Assembly: GCF_030144855.1 (NCBI RefSeq)
Contig: NC_082717.1
Location: 19,096,001-19,160,000, forward strand
Reading direction: 5' to 3'
Source: Hypanus sabinus
Lineage: Eukaryota
DNA length: 64,000 nucleotides
The translations under genes were made by a program, and so were the position numbers. Below the pieces are notes generated by a model that did no database searches, was not told the origin of the DNA, and saw only the letters and a list, made by a program, of their open reading frames with translations. Positions 11,777-24,669 of the stretch are shown here, piece by piece; within the stretch, counting starts at the first letter, position 1, and every line of letters starts with the position of its first letter.

Positions 11777-12649
11777 GTAGCCACTTTCAGGGAGCCATTT
11801 GTACTGTCTCTTCACATTCAACCCACCAAGAAGCAATGCTTTACATATGGCTAAACTCCATTGACGTTTCTCCGCCTATATCTGCCACTGATCTATGTCC
11901 CATTGTATTTTTTGCCTGTCTTCTATGCTATCCACAACACCACCAATCTTTGAATCATCTATAATTTAACAAACCCAGCAATCTACATTTTCATCCAGGT
12001 CAGTTATAAACATCACAAACAGCTGAGTTCCCTGTACACATCCCCATGGATCTCCGGCTAGAATAAGTCCTTCCAACCACTACCTCTGTCCTCTATGGGC
12101 ATGTGGCCCATTCACCATGGACCCCATGCAGTTTAATCTTCTGGATTAATCCTTATCTTTCATCTTAATCTTCTGGTGATCCATTTTGGATCACATCTAT
12201 TCATTTATTGGCATTTACAAAAGCTTTCCGAATCAGAAATAGCATTCCTTGTTTTGGGAGAGGGAGCAGGATACCGCACTCTCATTGTTTTCTATTGTTT
12301 GAAAAGAAACACCTTCTAATCTTCTTCCTTGCCAGGGATTTAGCAGATGTTGCATCCGCATCACATGAGGCAAAGGTCTCAGAATCTGATTGTAAATGTA
12401 GTCCCAGTGGATGGAATCATCACAATCACACCACATGTCCTTTCCTCAGGAAAGAGACTGAAATGTCTCGTTTTGACATAACCCCGATGGTTCTATGACT
12501 GCACTGACATTATAATGAATTAATTTTTTATGTAGATGAACTTCTTTTGCTTTTCATTTGTGCGCTGATGGCATTATTGACAAGGCTAATAATTTGCCTG
12601 TCATTAGCTGCTAGTTCTCTGTTCTAATTATGCTCTTATAAAATTTCAT

Positions 12650-12885
12650 TTAATTTAGCAATTGAGCAGAGAATAGGCTGTCTGACCCTTCCAGCAGCAC
12701 CTCCCAACAACTCTGGACAATCCTGATTTAATCCTTAGTCTAATCACAGGACAGTTTACAATGACCAATGATCATCTTTGGACTGCGGGAGGAAACCGAA
12801 GGACCCAGAGAAACCCACTCATTCCACGGGGAGGATGTACAAAGACTCCTTCCCACGAATGAACTCGGAACTCTGACACCCTGAG
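12650..12885 (-). mobile_element. V-SINE (HE1-like) fragment
   Basis: Minus strand has the V-domain-like string ctccccgtggaatgagtgggtttctctgggtccttcggtttcctcccgcagtccaaaga...ggtcattgtaaactgtcc. Confidence 0.65.
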
Positions 12886-14624
12886 CTTCCGCACCCTTCC
12901 TACAACGAGGCGACCAGAGCAGAAGATGATAGTGCAAGTGTCGTCTTGCCGGAATTTTTTAAAGCTGCAACATTACCTCATTGCTCTTGAACTCAGTTCC
13001 CCAACTAATGAAGGTGTACACCGCCATATGCCTTCTTAACTCTATCAGCTTTGATGTGAAAATGAAGATGTTTTTCAAGTTCATCCCTGGAGCTGGTGCA
13101 GATCACTAAGCACAGAAATTATTTGTCACTGTATATTTAGAGTGAGATCACAGGCCGGAAAGCTCTAGGTCTAGTTCACTTCCCTGCTGATCCTGATATG
13201 CCGAATAAATTGTAAGCCCAATAGTCGTTCTTCCACACTATATACCCTGATACTCCTAGGATTTTTCAAGGATATTAAGGAGTTATTCAGTTATCTTCTT
13301 CCCATGTACCAAATTAGATACAAATGAGAAATTGCAAATCAATGTGTTCCACATAACGAAACAATGTTTTTTTTACACTAAGTTTTTAGGGGCATTTACT
13401 GGGAACTGGGTGTGAAATGTAGTGACCCACTGAAAGAAAGGCAACTGTCTAAATGTCTGTCTCGAGAGCAAAAGGCCAAACAATCCCTACAGACAGTTCA
13501 GCCACTGCTCTGATCCCTTCCCTTGGTTCGGGGAAGGTGCATGCAGTGTACTGTCTCAGGCTGAAACAGAGTTAATGGAGATACAGTGCCATTTCTTTTT
13601 ATAATGACTGGCATTTCCACATCACCATTGTGTGTTACTGGCTTGTTTGTTTTGCCATCTGATCAACTTGTTCGTGTGTTGAGTCTTTGATGTTTTCTTT
13701 GAATGGTGTTTCTATGTTTCGTGGCTGTCTGTGGGAAGATGAATCTCAGGGTTGTATATTGTATGCATACTTTGATAATAAATGTACTTTGACTTTGGCT
13801 TTGACTTAAATCGGGTTCACTTACTTGCACCTCCCAAACATTGCCTGTCCTTGTCGAGGTCCACAGTCGGCCCTCTGCCTTAAGCTGTCATATTCAACTG
13901 CCATATTCAACTATTAAAGTCAAGGTGAAGTTCATTATCACATGCACAAGTACATATATACTAAAGTGCAAGAAAAACTTCCAAGTAACATTATCATAGC
14001 ATAATAATAGCATTAGAGGCACATATTCACAAGAAAAATTGAAGTTAAATACAAATGATATAAGAGAGCAGACAATTTGAACACATTAAAGTCCATTATA
14101 GTATAAAGTGAATGTATATTGCTATACTGAGTTTCTGATTAGGTTTGGGTTAGTTCAAGATCAGAATGGTTGGAGGGACAGAGTTGTTCATGAAGTTGGA
14201 GTTGTGGGACTTCAGGCTTCTGTACCTCCTAATTGTGGGAAGGGAATATGCACTGGTGAATTAACTCCTTGCTACCCTCGCAACACCTGAAGCTCTGCTG
14301 TTGCGTCTTCAAGCACATCATTCCTTGTGTTACAGGTGCCTCAGTTAAAAATCTATGGTTTAAATGCTTGCACAGTCTTCCCCACCCTCCCTGCAGCCCT
14401 CCGAGAAATCAGTGTTCCTCCATACCAAGCATCTTGCCTGTCTTCCTTCTCTTCATCTCCAACAGTTGTGCATTTAGCTGTCCAGCTCTCCAGCATATCT
14501 TCACATTCCACCTTTGATGGTTATTTCTCAGTCCAAGCAGTGATCACATTGCCTCTGCCTCAATGGCAAAACTTGCAAAGAGCTGAAATGAATTAGAGCA
14601 TTTCAATGGCTGTTAGAGTCAGAA

Positions 14625-14985
14625 ACTAGTAGAACATTCCACCACAGGCACAGGCCCTTCAGTCCACCTAATCTGTGCCAAACTATTATTCTGTCTAGTC
14701 CTATCAACACGCACCTGGACCATAGCCCTCCATACCCTTCCCATCCATGGACTTATTCAAACTTCTCTTAACTCTTGCAATCAAACCCACATCCATAACT
14801 TCTGCTGGAAACTCCTTCCACATACTCACCATCCTCCGAGTGAAGACGTTCCTCCTCATGTTCCCCTTTTACCCCTCATCTTTCACCTTAATCCATGACC
14901 TCTAATTCTAGTCTCATCCAACCTCAGTGGAAAAAAAGCCTGCTTGCATTTATAATTTTGTATACCTCTATCAAATATCTCCTCA
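14625..14985 (-). mobile_element. CR1 LINE 3' fragment
   Basis: Same 3' end sequence as 31290-31625 and 53350-53730. Confidence 0.75.
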
Positions 14986-15019
14986 TACTTTAATTTAGTT
15001 TTTTTAAATTTAATTTTAA

Positions 15020-15643
15020 GGCACAATTAGGGTTTAGGGCAATGGATAACAGAGTGACTATCTACCATCACCAGATACTGCTACAATACAGAGGTTGCTT
15101 CATGAAAATCTGCTGGTTAGATTGCACGACCTCGACTTGCTGGGGGAATCGGGCCTGCAGTCCTCGGAGTCGCCTGATGCCGGTGGCCGGAGATGGGGAC
15201 GTCGTAAGCGGTGTGCGAGGAAGCGGAAGTGAGGCGAGCGGGCAGGAGTCTGTGCCAGGAAAAAAGCTAGCCCTAGCCGGCCAGCTCTCTCGTCCATTCT
15301 GCTCTCCAATGGACATTAAATTAGACTTCACCTGTGGCAACAAAATACTTGGTGGGAGTACAGAAATGGACAGAATCCCAGATGCCGCCATTCTGCTGTT
15401 TATTCATGTAACAGATTTTCCCCCAAGCCAATGGACTACCAACCTACTGCCCTCTGTTTTGTGTATTTTATGCAGTCCTGAGTAGGTCTGTAGTCTAGTG
15501 TAGTTTTTGTGTTGGTTTATGTAGTTCAGTGTCGTTTTTGTATTGTTCATCTAGCACAATGGTCCTAAACACGTTGTCTCATTTTTACTGTGTACTGTAC
15601 CAGGCAGTTATGGTTGAGGTGACAATAAAAAGTGATTTGACTT
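15020..15643 (+). mobile_element. Internally deleted Rex1/Babar element (5' end joined to 3' tail)
   Basis: 15197-15310 translates GRRKRCARKRK*GERAGVCARKKASPSRPALSSILLSN, like the basic leader and APE start of Rex/Babar ORFs. It is followed after about 150 bp by a tail ending gacaataaaaagtgatttgactt. Confidence 0.65.
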
Positions 15644-16194
15644 ATTCTCCTGCGCTCTAGAGAATAAATGAAGTTCCAAAAGGGGAAGGGCTTTGATAGA
15701 GTGGACTGGTTGGACTGTTTCCATGGACAATGATAACCAAAAACTGGTTTAAGATAATCAGCAAAAGAAACATGTGGGAAATAGGAGGGAACTTGCTGGA
15801 ACACATTAATACAACTGGTAGAGAGCTGCAGCCTCACAACCCCAATAATTGGGTTCCAGGTGCTGCTTCTGTTTAGATTTTCCATTCTCTCTGTGATGGA
15901 GCAGACTTCTTCCAGGTTCTCCATTTGCCTCCCCCATCCTGGAGGCATGAGGGTTGGTAGCTTAACTGTCAGCTGTGTGGAGGAATCTTGGGGGGAGTTG
16001 ATGGGAATGTAGCATTAGAGTACCTAGGTGCTCGATGAACTCATGGACTGAAGGGCCGATGATTCTTTCAACAGAGTGTCATTATAGTCTTTAGAGTGAA
16101 GGTTGCAAAGCAGCTGTGAAACAGGACCAAAGAATAAGGCTGATTAGGTAGCTCTTTACCCCTACAAAAGGTAGTGCATTTGTCTCAGTATGTC

Positions 16195-16600
16195 CTCCCA
16201 ATCACCGAGCACCTCTATATGTAACGCTGTCCTGGGAAAGCAGCATCCATCATCAGAGGTCCCCACCACCCAAATCATTTTCTCTTCTCACTGCTGCCAT
16301 CATGTAGAAGGTACAGGAGCCTCAGGACTCGCACCACCAGGTTAAGAACTGTTTTTACCCCTCAACCATTAGGCTCTTAAACAAAATGGAGATAATTACA
16401 CTCACTTGCCCATCTAGTGCGATGTTCCCACAACCAATGATCTCTCTTTAAGGACTCTTTATCTCATTATCTCATGTTCTTATTATTTATTACTGATTAG
16501 TTATATTTTCATTTACACATTTTGTTGTCTTCTTCACTCTGGCTGATCTTTCATTGATCCAGTTTACAGCGACTATTCTATAGAATTTACTTTGAACTTC
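16195..16600 (+). mobile_element. Rex1/Babar LINE 3' fragment
   Basis: Shared block gcagcatccatcatcagaggtccccaccaccc...aggtacaggagcctcaggactcgcaccaccagg, also seen at 17920-18060, 29395-29550, 39320-39480 and 54770-54920. Confidence 0.75.
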
Positions 16601-16624
16601 GATGGAATTACAAGAACAATTATT

Positions 16625-16815
16625 GACACCAACAACCTGGGTTCAATTCCACTACTGTCTGCTAGACATTTGTACGTTCTCCCTGTGACTACATGGGTTT
16701 CCCTCGGATGCTCTGGTGTCCTCCCATATTTTAAAGATGTACAGGTTAGTAGGTTGATTGGTCACGTGGATGTATTTGGGGAATATGGGCTCATTGGGCC
16801 AGAAGGGCCTGTAAT
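16625..16815 (+). mobile_element. V-SINE (HE1-like) copy
   Basis: B-box-like gggttcaattcc, then tttgtacgttctccctgtgactacatgggtttccctcggatgctctggtgtcctccca (V domain). Confidence 0.7.
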
Positions 16816-17627
16816 CGAGCTCGAGGAAGTCTGCAGATGCAGGAAATCCAAATGATACAGTCATTTGCTGTAATTGTGCTGATTCTTTAAATTAAAATAA
16901 ATATCACAGAGCTGCAGGAGCAAATGACCCAGCTCCTCCCTCCTCCATCCCTGAAAGCAGTTTGAAATTTTGTCAGCATTTAAATAATGTCAACTGGCGA
17001 CCAAATTCTTACCAATTTTCATCTTGTTTTTTAAATTGCTTCTGGGCTTTTCTCTTCACCGGGAAGCCAGATGTGTCTCCATGGACATTATTCCAGCAGA
17101 ATATATTTCGCTTCAGACATCAGTAGATGACTGAACACTGCCAGCAATAAATTAAAATATTTAAGTGAAGTTTTTATCATTTCAACTGGAAAATGACTGG
17201 GGGGAGGAGGAAATCTGCAGGTGGTTAAGCCTTAAATGTAACATCCCAACCAGGGGCCTCTTGTCAGCGACATGGAAAGTTGTAGGTATCTTGTCATCGA
17301 ATTTATGTACAGGTTCTTTCAGATGCTGCTCTCAGTTATTTCATTGAGTCTGGTGGGTTTAAACCCAACCTTTTCCATTGGCTGACAAAGGCAAAGATAT
17401 CTTAAATAAAGTGAAACATATCACTGCATGCCAGTCCTGATCATCAGGTTTTCACACTTTTTGGTTTTTCATTTAACTGAAGATCACCTTTTGAATTTCA
17501 TCTACCATATATAGACAAGTACCTGATCTTCTTTGCAGAGGGGCAAGCTTCTAAATTAAAGGTAGGAATGTGTACTTTGTGCAGTTGGAACTATATCACT
17601 GTGGATTGAAACAAATCAGGCACATTG

Positions 17628-18330
17628 CAAAGTTTAAATTTCAAAGTCAATTTATTTTCAATGTATTTGTAGGTTACCATATAGCGTACTACACTGAAAT
17701 TTATTTTCTTCCGGACAATCACAGCAGATACAAAGAAATACAACAAAACCAGTCAAAAACTACACAAAGAGACACACAAACAACCGGTGTGCAAAAGAAG
17801 ACAAGTGGTGCGAATCCCGCCCCCCCCCCCCCCCAAAATAAATAAATAAATAAATAATATTGAGAACATGAGTTGTAGAGTTCTTGAAAGTGAGTCAGTT
17901 CAGGGTTGAGGTGAGTGAAGTTATCCACTCTGGTTCAGGAGCCTGATGGTTGAAGGGTAACAATTGTTCCTGAACCTGGCGGTGTGGGACCTAAGGTTCC
18001 CATACCTCCTGCCCAATGGCAATAGAGAGAAAAAGGCATGGCCTAGATGGAGGGGGTTCCTGATTATCGATGCTGTTTCTTGCGGCAGCACTCCCTTGTA
18101 GATGGCTGTGTGGTGGGAAAGGTTTCTCCTGTGATGGACTGGGCAATACCAATTACTTTTTGTAGTCTTTTCCAACCATTGGCATTGCTGTTTCACATGT
18201 GGCTGTGATGTAACCATTCAGGATACTCTCCACTGTGCACCTGTAGAAGTTTTAGATAAATCTGTGCAAACTTTGCAAAGGGATGTACATACTGTTTTAT
18301 TTGCAGTCACTAAAGTCATCTGCTCAAGCC
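17628..18330 (-). mobile_element. Rex1/Babar LINE 3' fragment
   Basis: ORF 17921..18217 ASIIRNPLHLGHAFFSLLPLGRRYGNLRSHTARFRNNCYPSTIRLLN is the Rex/Babar C-terminus. Confidence 0.8.
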
Positions 18331-18535
18331 TAGTAATATTTTTCAGTGCCTGAATGCAGCTTCCCCCATCACCATTTTGCCCATTTGACCTCAACAATGG
18401 TTGTGTAAAAACCAGTGGTGTAAAAACCAACAGGTGGCATCAATTGCAGAAGACCCAGTTTTCACAGAAAGTTCAAAAGCAATATCAGAGAAATCAAAAC
18501 TGCGTCATGGTCATACAAATATTCACGACTATAGG

Positions 18536-18780
18536 TGTTGTATTGTGAATATTATTAAAAGTAAGTTAATACTAATCGGGAAGCTGTTGGTAACAAGAGG
18601 CCGGTTCCAGGGTCAGCAGGGTTTTTTTCTGGTGTGCAATGTGTATGTAGTTCCACCACCCATGTTGCATGAGGTATCTGAAAGCTTCTGTATTGTAAAT
18701 ATCATTTGCCGTCCCTGATAAAGATGCTCTTTTGGCCATAAAATTGTGAGTGGTCTTTTTGTAAAGTAGAAGTTACCACA
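18536..18780 (+). repeat. 5' LTR of Gypsy element (245 bp)
   Basis: Direct repeat of 22135-22382, roughly 85-90% identical by eye. Confidence 0.95.
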
Positions 18781-18859
18781 TATTTTTTGGTGACAAGGTG
18801 AACTGGTCTTGTGGACGTGTTGGCTCATTTCGAACAGGAGCTGTGAGCGGACGAGGAGC

Positions 18860-19757
18860 CTCGCCACATTCAGGACTATCGGTGCATTTATGGAGGGAAT
18901 TGAGGACTGGCTGGAGTATGAGGAAAGATTGGGACACTTTTTCTGTGCTAGTGGAATTACAGAGGAGGGTGAGAAGCGCTCTATTCTCCTGAGTGTGTGT
19001 GGGACAAAGACTTACAAGCTGATAGCCACACTGCGGAAACTGGGAAAAATTCCATATGACGAACTGGTCAAGCTCGTGGGGAACCACCACAATCTGACAC
19101 CTTCCGTGATAGTCCAACGGTTCAAGTTTCACAGCCATGTCCGGAAGCCAGGTTAGTGTCTAATTTTGTGGCTGAGCTTCAGCAGCTGTCGGAGCATTGC
19201 GATTTCGGAGCCGTGTTGGATGACATGATCCGTGATAGATTGGTATGTGGCATTAATAATGACGCCCTACAATGCCACTTGTTGGGGGAAACTCCACCAT
19301 TGACTTTCAAGAAGGCCCTAGAGACTGCCCAACGCATGAAGATGGCTGCTAATAATGCCAAGGATATCCAGAAAGGACACGGGAGGGTCGCAGTCAGCGG
19401 CAGGGCACCAAGTCAGGAGGGAGACTGGTAAACAGGCAAAGCAGGTCGCATGTTTTCAGTGTGGAGGGACGCACTATGCAAATGTTCACAAATTCAAAGA
19501 TACTGTCTGCCGTGCTTGTAGCAAAAAAAGGACATTTGGCTAGAAAGTGCAGGAGTTCAAAAGGTAAGGTTAAGCCTGGGCAGCGGAAAGCTCAGCAGGC
19601 CCAGGCAGACACACACCACCTAGGAGAAACAGACGAGGAGGCAGCGTGTGCCTACCACATGTTTGGGGTGGGAACGGATGAGGAACCACCTGAACCATAT
19701 TATGCCACGGTCACTGCCAGGGGAAAGGACATTAAGTTTGAGATTGATTCAGGGTGA
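18860..19757 (+). pseudogene. gag: Gypsy gag and start of protease (frameshifted)
   Basis: EDWLEYEERLGHFF..., FVAELQQLSEHCDFGAVLDDMIRDRLVCGI, two zinc knuckles (CFQCGGTH..., CRACSKKGHLARKC), protease motif FEIDSG. Confidence 0.85.
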
Positions 19758-19775
19758 GGAGACCTACAGGAGGAC

Positions 19776-21390
19776 ATGGGAATCCAACCTTCCCTCAGAC
19801 CATGTAAGCTCAAACTCATGGCCTATACGGGGCAGCCCATACCTCATTTTGGGGTGTTATATATGGATATTTCAGCTAAGGGCAGTGGGCCCAGTCTTTT
19901 GGGCCACGATTGGCTTTGCAAAATCTGGCTCAATTGGCAAGAAATTAAGTATGCACACAAGATGGAGGACATTCTGCAGCGGTATAGTGACACTTTCGGG
20001 GCAGTTCTCTCACACGTAATGGAGGACCGTTCAGAGAAGCCTATTGGTTTTGTTTCATTTACCTTGACAGCTGCTGAGACGGGATATTCACAGCTAGAAA
20101 AAGAAGGTCTGGCCATTGCTTTTGCGGGCAAACGCTCTATGTCTTTTGCGGTCAAACATCAGTACCTCCATGGGCATGTATTCACAATTTATACAGACCA
20201 TAAACCACTGATGAGCCTTTTCAGTGAGACCACATGCATCCCACGGCTAGCCTCAGCCAGGATACAGCGTTGGGCTCTCACATTGTCAACCTACCAGTAT
20301 ACAATCATGTACAGAGCGGGTGGGGACAATGCAAATACCAATGAGCTGAGTCGACTCCCTTTACCTGAGATGCATGTTACTAAATATGTGCCTCCAGAGA
20401 CTGTTTTCATTAGAGAGGCTGTCCGAGACACCTGTAAGGCGACCCAGATCAAGCTGTTGACAGAGAGGGAGCCAGTCCTGTCTCAAGGCAAGACTTTTCC
20501 TTTACAAGGTCGGCCCAGAGTTGTGGAAGGAGAGGAACTGAGACCTTAAGCCAAACGCAAGACAGAACTGTGTCTGCAGGATGGCTGCATTTTCTGGGGG
20601 GGGGGGGGGGGCGTGGTTGAGGGTCATCGTGCCTCCTCCTGGCCTTTCACAGATTGTGGAGGAAATTCATGAGACACACCCAGGGGTGTCTCGAATGAAA
20701 AGCCTTGCAAGATCCTATGTCTGGTGGCCAGGAATGGATCAGGATCTGGAGAACAAGGTAAAATCATGCACGCAATGTCAGACCAATCAGAACGTGCCGC
20801 CACCAGCTCCTTTGCACCCATGGGAGTGGCTAGTCTAGGCTGGTCTCAGCTACATTTGGGCTTTGCTGGCCCCTTTATGGGGCAGATGTTTCTTGTAATG
20901 GTAAATGCACACTCCGAACAGATAGAAGCTCATATCACAAGCAACATCTCAACCATAGACAAACTCAGGCAAGTGTTTGCAGTCCACGGGTTGCCTGACA
21001 CTCTGGTCACTGATAATGGCCCGACGTTCACCAGTGCGCTGTTCGGTGAGTTCATGTAGCAGAATGGCATTCGTCACATTCGGCCGGCCCTTTTCCACCC
21101 AGCCTCAAATGGCTTGCCTGAGCAGGTTGTTCAGACAGTGAAGGAAGGCCTGAAGCAGATGACAGGGGACTCTCTTAGTACCTGGCTTTTGCGTTTCCAA
21201 TTTAAATACCACCTCACTCCACAGACTACGACTGCATGCACTCCAGCAGAGATGCTGATGGGGCGTAGGCCCAAGTCAAGATTGGACCTGCTGCGCCTGG
21301 ACATGAACGCAAAAGTGGAGAGAAAGCAGGAAAAGCAGAAGGAGGGACATGATCAACATGCTCGTGACACAGTTAAAACGGGATGACAAT
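19776..21390 (+). pseudogene. pol: Gypsy pol remnant: protease end, RNase H, integrase; no RT
   Basis: PSLLGHDWL, then after a short linker GAVLSH...PIGFVS...YSQLEKEGLAI...TDHKPL...RIQRWAL (RNase H). Integrase HHCC (HETHPGVSRMK...CTQC) and core (FAGPF, VTDNGPTF). Confidence 0.88.
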
Positions 21391-21566
21391 CTTTCCTTTT
21401 GCTTGTTTTTTCTTTCCACACTTTTCTATAAGTGTACACCCCAGATAAATACTTTGTGGAGATTTTGTGATATATATGATTATATGATGTATATGTACAA
21501 TGTCTGAAATACATCTTATGGAAATGTTTGTTGGATGAATTTCAATAAAAAAATAAATTACCAAAA
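21391..21566 (+). mobile_element. Short L1-type 3' UTR insertion inside the Gypsy element
   Basis: 16-bp TSD AAAACGGGATGACAAT (21375-21390, 21567-21582) at a TT/AAAA site, with AATAAA and an A-rich tail. Confidence 0.85.
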
Positions 21567-22134
21567 AAAACGGGATGACAATGTCTATGTGAGAAACTTC
21601 AGCAATGGCTACCTGGGGTTATTCTTAAGCAGAGTGGTCCAGTCTCCTGTGTTGTTAAGCTGACTGATGGGCGTGCTTTATGTAGACATCAGGACCATGT
21701 GGGCCTGCATCATGATTCTGGCTCAGAGGTAGACAGTCCCATGGATGTTCCAATGGTGAGACAGACTACTAAGGAAGCATGTCCAACAGTGACTCTGCTA
21801 GAGGGAGACATACTGGCAGAGGGGTCAGGGTCCCCTGAGGAGGATGAACGTTCTCACGTGGACACACAGACCCCTCTCATGTCCCCAACACCAGATCCAC
21901 CCAAAACATCCTCACCAGCGGGGCCTGCTGGGTAGATCGCAGCGCCCTCGCAAACCCCCTGACAGACTGAATCTTTGATTGGATAGTTTTTTTGTTGCTA
22001 GATTGAATGTTGAATCTGCCACTTTTTTTAAAAAAAAGGTGTTTTTTGTTGGTAACCTGTTGCTAATGATACCACTGTTTTTATTTCCCAGTTCTTCTAT
22101 ATTTGGGGAATGTTGGATTTTAAAGGGGGAGAAG

Positions 22135-22382
22135 TGTTGCAATGTGAATATTATTAAACGTAAGTTAATACTAATCCAGAAGCTGTTGGTAACACGAGGC
22201 TGGTTCTGGGGTCAGCAAGGCTTTTTTACTTCCAGTACACATTGTATGTAGTTCCACCACCCATGTTGCACAAGGTACCTGAAAGCCTCTGTATTGTAAA
22301 TATCATTTGCCGACCCCAATAAAGATGATCTTTTGGCCATAAAATTGTCGAGTGGTCCTTTTGTAAAGTAGAATTTATCACA
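22135..22382 (+). repeat. 3' LTR of Gypsy element (248 bp)
   Basis: Preceded by a polypurine tract and followed by TSD ATAGG. Confidence 0.95.
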
Positions 22383-22689
22383 ATAGGCATTTTCAGATTC
22401 TTCCTTCAGTTACACAGAAAGTGCAGAACAGCTCGATGAACGGTGCAAGGACAAAGAGGAATGAGACATGGAAGGAGGATCTTACTGTGTAAGAGTTCCA
22501 TTCAAGAGTGTCATAACAATGAGGTAGAAGCTGTCCTTGAGCCTGCTGGTGAATGTGTTCAGGCTTTTGTTTTCTTCTGCCTGAAGGAAAGGGAGAGGAG
22601 AGAGAATGCCCAAGGAGGGACAATCACATTGGCTTCAAGGTTTGCCAACTGCTGCTACATTAGGGAGGTCATTCATATATCATGTCAGA

Positions 22690-23137
22690 ATGTCCGGTTA
22701 TGGCCCAAGTGCCGAGAGAGAGAGAGAGCAAGACGCTGAAGTGGGCCAACAGTTCACTGACTTTAATGAGAACTGTTGCAGAATTTAAAGGAAAAGGAAT
22801 ACAATAAATGCTAGGTCAACAGGGCCATTAACTAAGACTCTCAACCTGAAAGCTAAATGCCAACATTGCTGCTGAAAGCAATACCCGAGTACTAAACGAA
22901 TAGCGCTACTTTCCAGCATCAGTCAAAATGGTAGCCGTCTTTCTCAGACAAGGATAAGGCTAAGCAGGGACCGTAAACATTATTGTGCTTTTGGTCATGT
23001 CTCAGCAAGACGAGAGCAAAAAGATGGAAGTTAAATGCCACCATAATGAAACAGTAATTAGCTGGAACGTGCACAATCATCGGCGCAGCAGCTGAATCTG
23101 TTGCGCGGCCTGTCTGTGGGGGCACGTAGACCCCGCA
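22690..23137 (-). mobile_element. Probable solo LTR (~450 bp)
   Basis: TGTCCGG...CCCCGCA ends. TCAGA occurs on both sides (22685-22689, 23138-23142, 1-nt offset). ATTAAA on the minus strand near 22763, and a cccaagtgc motif shared with the 11430 LTR family. Confidence 0.45.
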
Positions 23138-24669
23138 TCAGAGTTAATAGCTGTGATACTCTAATCAATAAGAGGAGCTCTCTCCTCCTCTAACATCAGC
23201 CTGCAGCTTCCGGGCTGATAGGCCATAGTCACTATACACACATCCCAGCCTTTCCCACATGAGAAACAGACCCACGTGACCTCTACAACCACCTACTACT
23301 ATTGTTCTTTATTTTCATCGGATTTTCTATTGGCAGCATGCTCTCAGTGGTAGGCCACCTGACGACCTTCCCAGTGACAACTATGGCTGATTCGTTCCTA
23401 GCCACCGATTGTTTTCAGGGCCGGTCACTGCCCCGAGAGATAGGCTTTGTGGGAACGTGGGCTATTCCCTGGTCACTCCACATAGAGCTCCTAGCATGGC
23501 AGGTGATCAGTTCTGCACTCACAACCATGTACTGCCAGCAGCTTGGTGGAACTGATTGGTGGGAAGGTCCTAGCTAAAATCAGCCTTTGCAGCAACCAGG
23601 GCCCCTTATTCTGTCCCGGTCTGCCAGCCATTGCATGATTTGACCATCAAATGGGCTCAGATATTGCCTGCTGAGATCAAGTGCAAGGAGGCACTTTGTC
23701 TCTGTTGCTGCCCCACAACTCAGGATGGATCCTGATCCTGTGTGGAGTTTGCACCCTGTCTTCGTGATTACACGTAACCCACATCCCCAAAGCTGAGACG
23801 GTCAGTAAGTTCACTGGCCACTGTAGTGCAGTGGGTGGTGGCAGAATCAGGACACAATCTGTGCCTGAGACCAGGTTACACCTAAAATAAGTGGGGAATG
23901 GGGCTGATAGGATTTATCTGTGAGCTGGTATAAACTTGATGGGCTGAGTGGTCTCCATGATTACGTATGAGACATGGAAGGAGGATCAGTGGGTAAGAGA
24001 GCAGGACTAGCAGGCTGAAGAAGCACATCAGGCCAACCGTGAACTGTGGAGGAACAGGAAGATAAGGGAGCTGAGGGAGGGTTGGGAGGAGCTGCAACCA
24101 GAAGTCATGGGTTAAGGGTGAAAGGTTAAAAGTTTAAGGGGAGCACAAGGCAAAACTTCTTTGCTCAGAGGGTGGTGAGTGTGTGGAAAGAACTGCCAGC
24201 ACAATTGGCGCATGCGAGTTCAATTTCAATGTTTAAGAGAAGTTTGGACAGGTATGTGGATGGTAGCAGAATGGAGGTCCATGGTGTTGGTGCAGTTTAA
24301 GTAGCTTGGCATGAACTAGATGGGCCAAAAGACCTGTCCCTTTGCTGTACTTTTCCAAAATCAGTCAGTCCATACCCTGAGCAAAGAAACTACTTGTCAG
24401 AGCTTCCAATAATACCACCCTGCTACATGTCTTGAGGCAACATTCGATCCTGCAAGGGTTTTCATAATCCCCTTCAGCCAACTCTTCCCTGCACATACAA
24501 TCTGAAATCACTTGCTGGATTATAGCTCTGATACTACTGTATCTTAATACTATTCTCATTAATATAATACAAGTGGTTATTTCCACTTTTACGTACAGCA
24601 ATACTGCACAATACTTTTTCAGGATGATACGTGGCTTAAATTGGATGCTATTTTTTCCATTCATAAACA

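Larger units (their letters stand above)
10075..12150 (-). mobile_element. Old CR1 fragment interrupted by two later insertions (10614-11399 and 11430-11776)
   Basis: CR1-type sequence ...catatgccttctt | aaccaccctatcaatgtgtgtagc | cactttcaggg reads through once the two inserts are removed. Confidence 0.65.
18536..22382 (+). mobile_element. Gypsy/Ty3 (Mag-type) LTR retrotransposon, both LTRs present, RT domain deleted, degenerate
   Basis: LTRs 18536-18780 and 22135-22382 (TG...CA), TSD ATAGG (18531-18535, 22383-22387), PBS-like tggtgacaagg near 18788, PPT aaagggggagaag 22122-22134, and gag, protease, RNase H and integrase remnants in that order. Confidence 0.95.

Noticed and set aside
11419-11964. 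181-aa ORF
   Set aside because: Runs through a solo LTR into an antisense CR1 fragment; no protein motif.
15042-15485. 147-aa ORF
   Set aside because: Off-frame read-through of a deleted Rex/Babar element; the homologous frame contains a stop.
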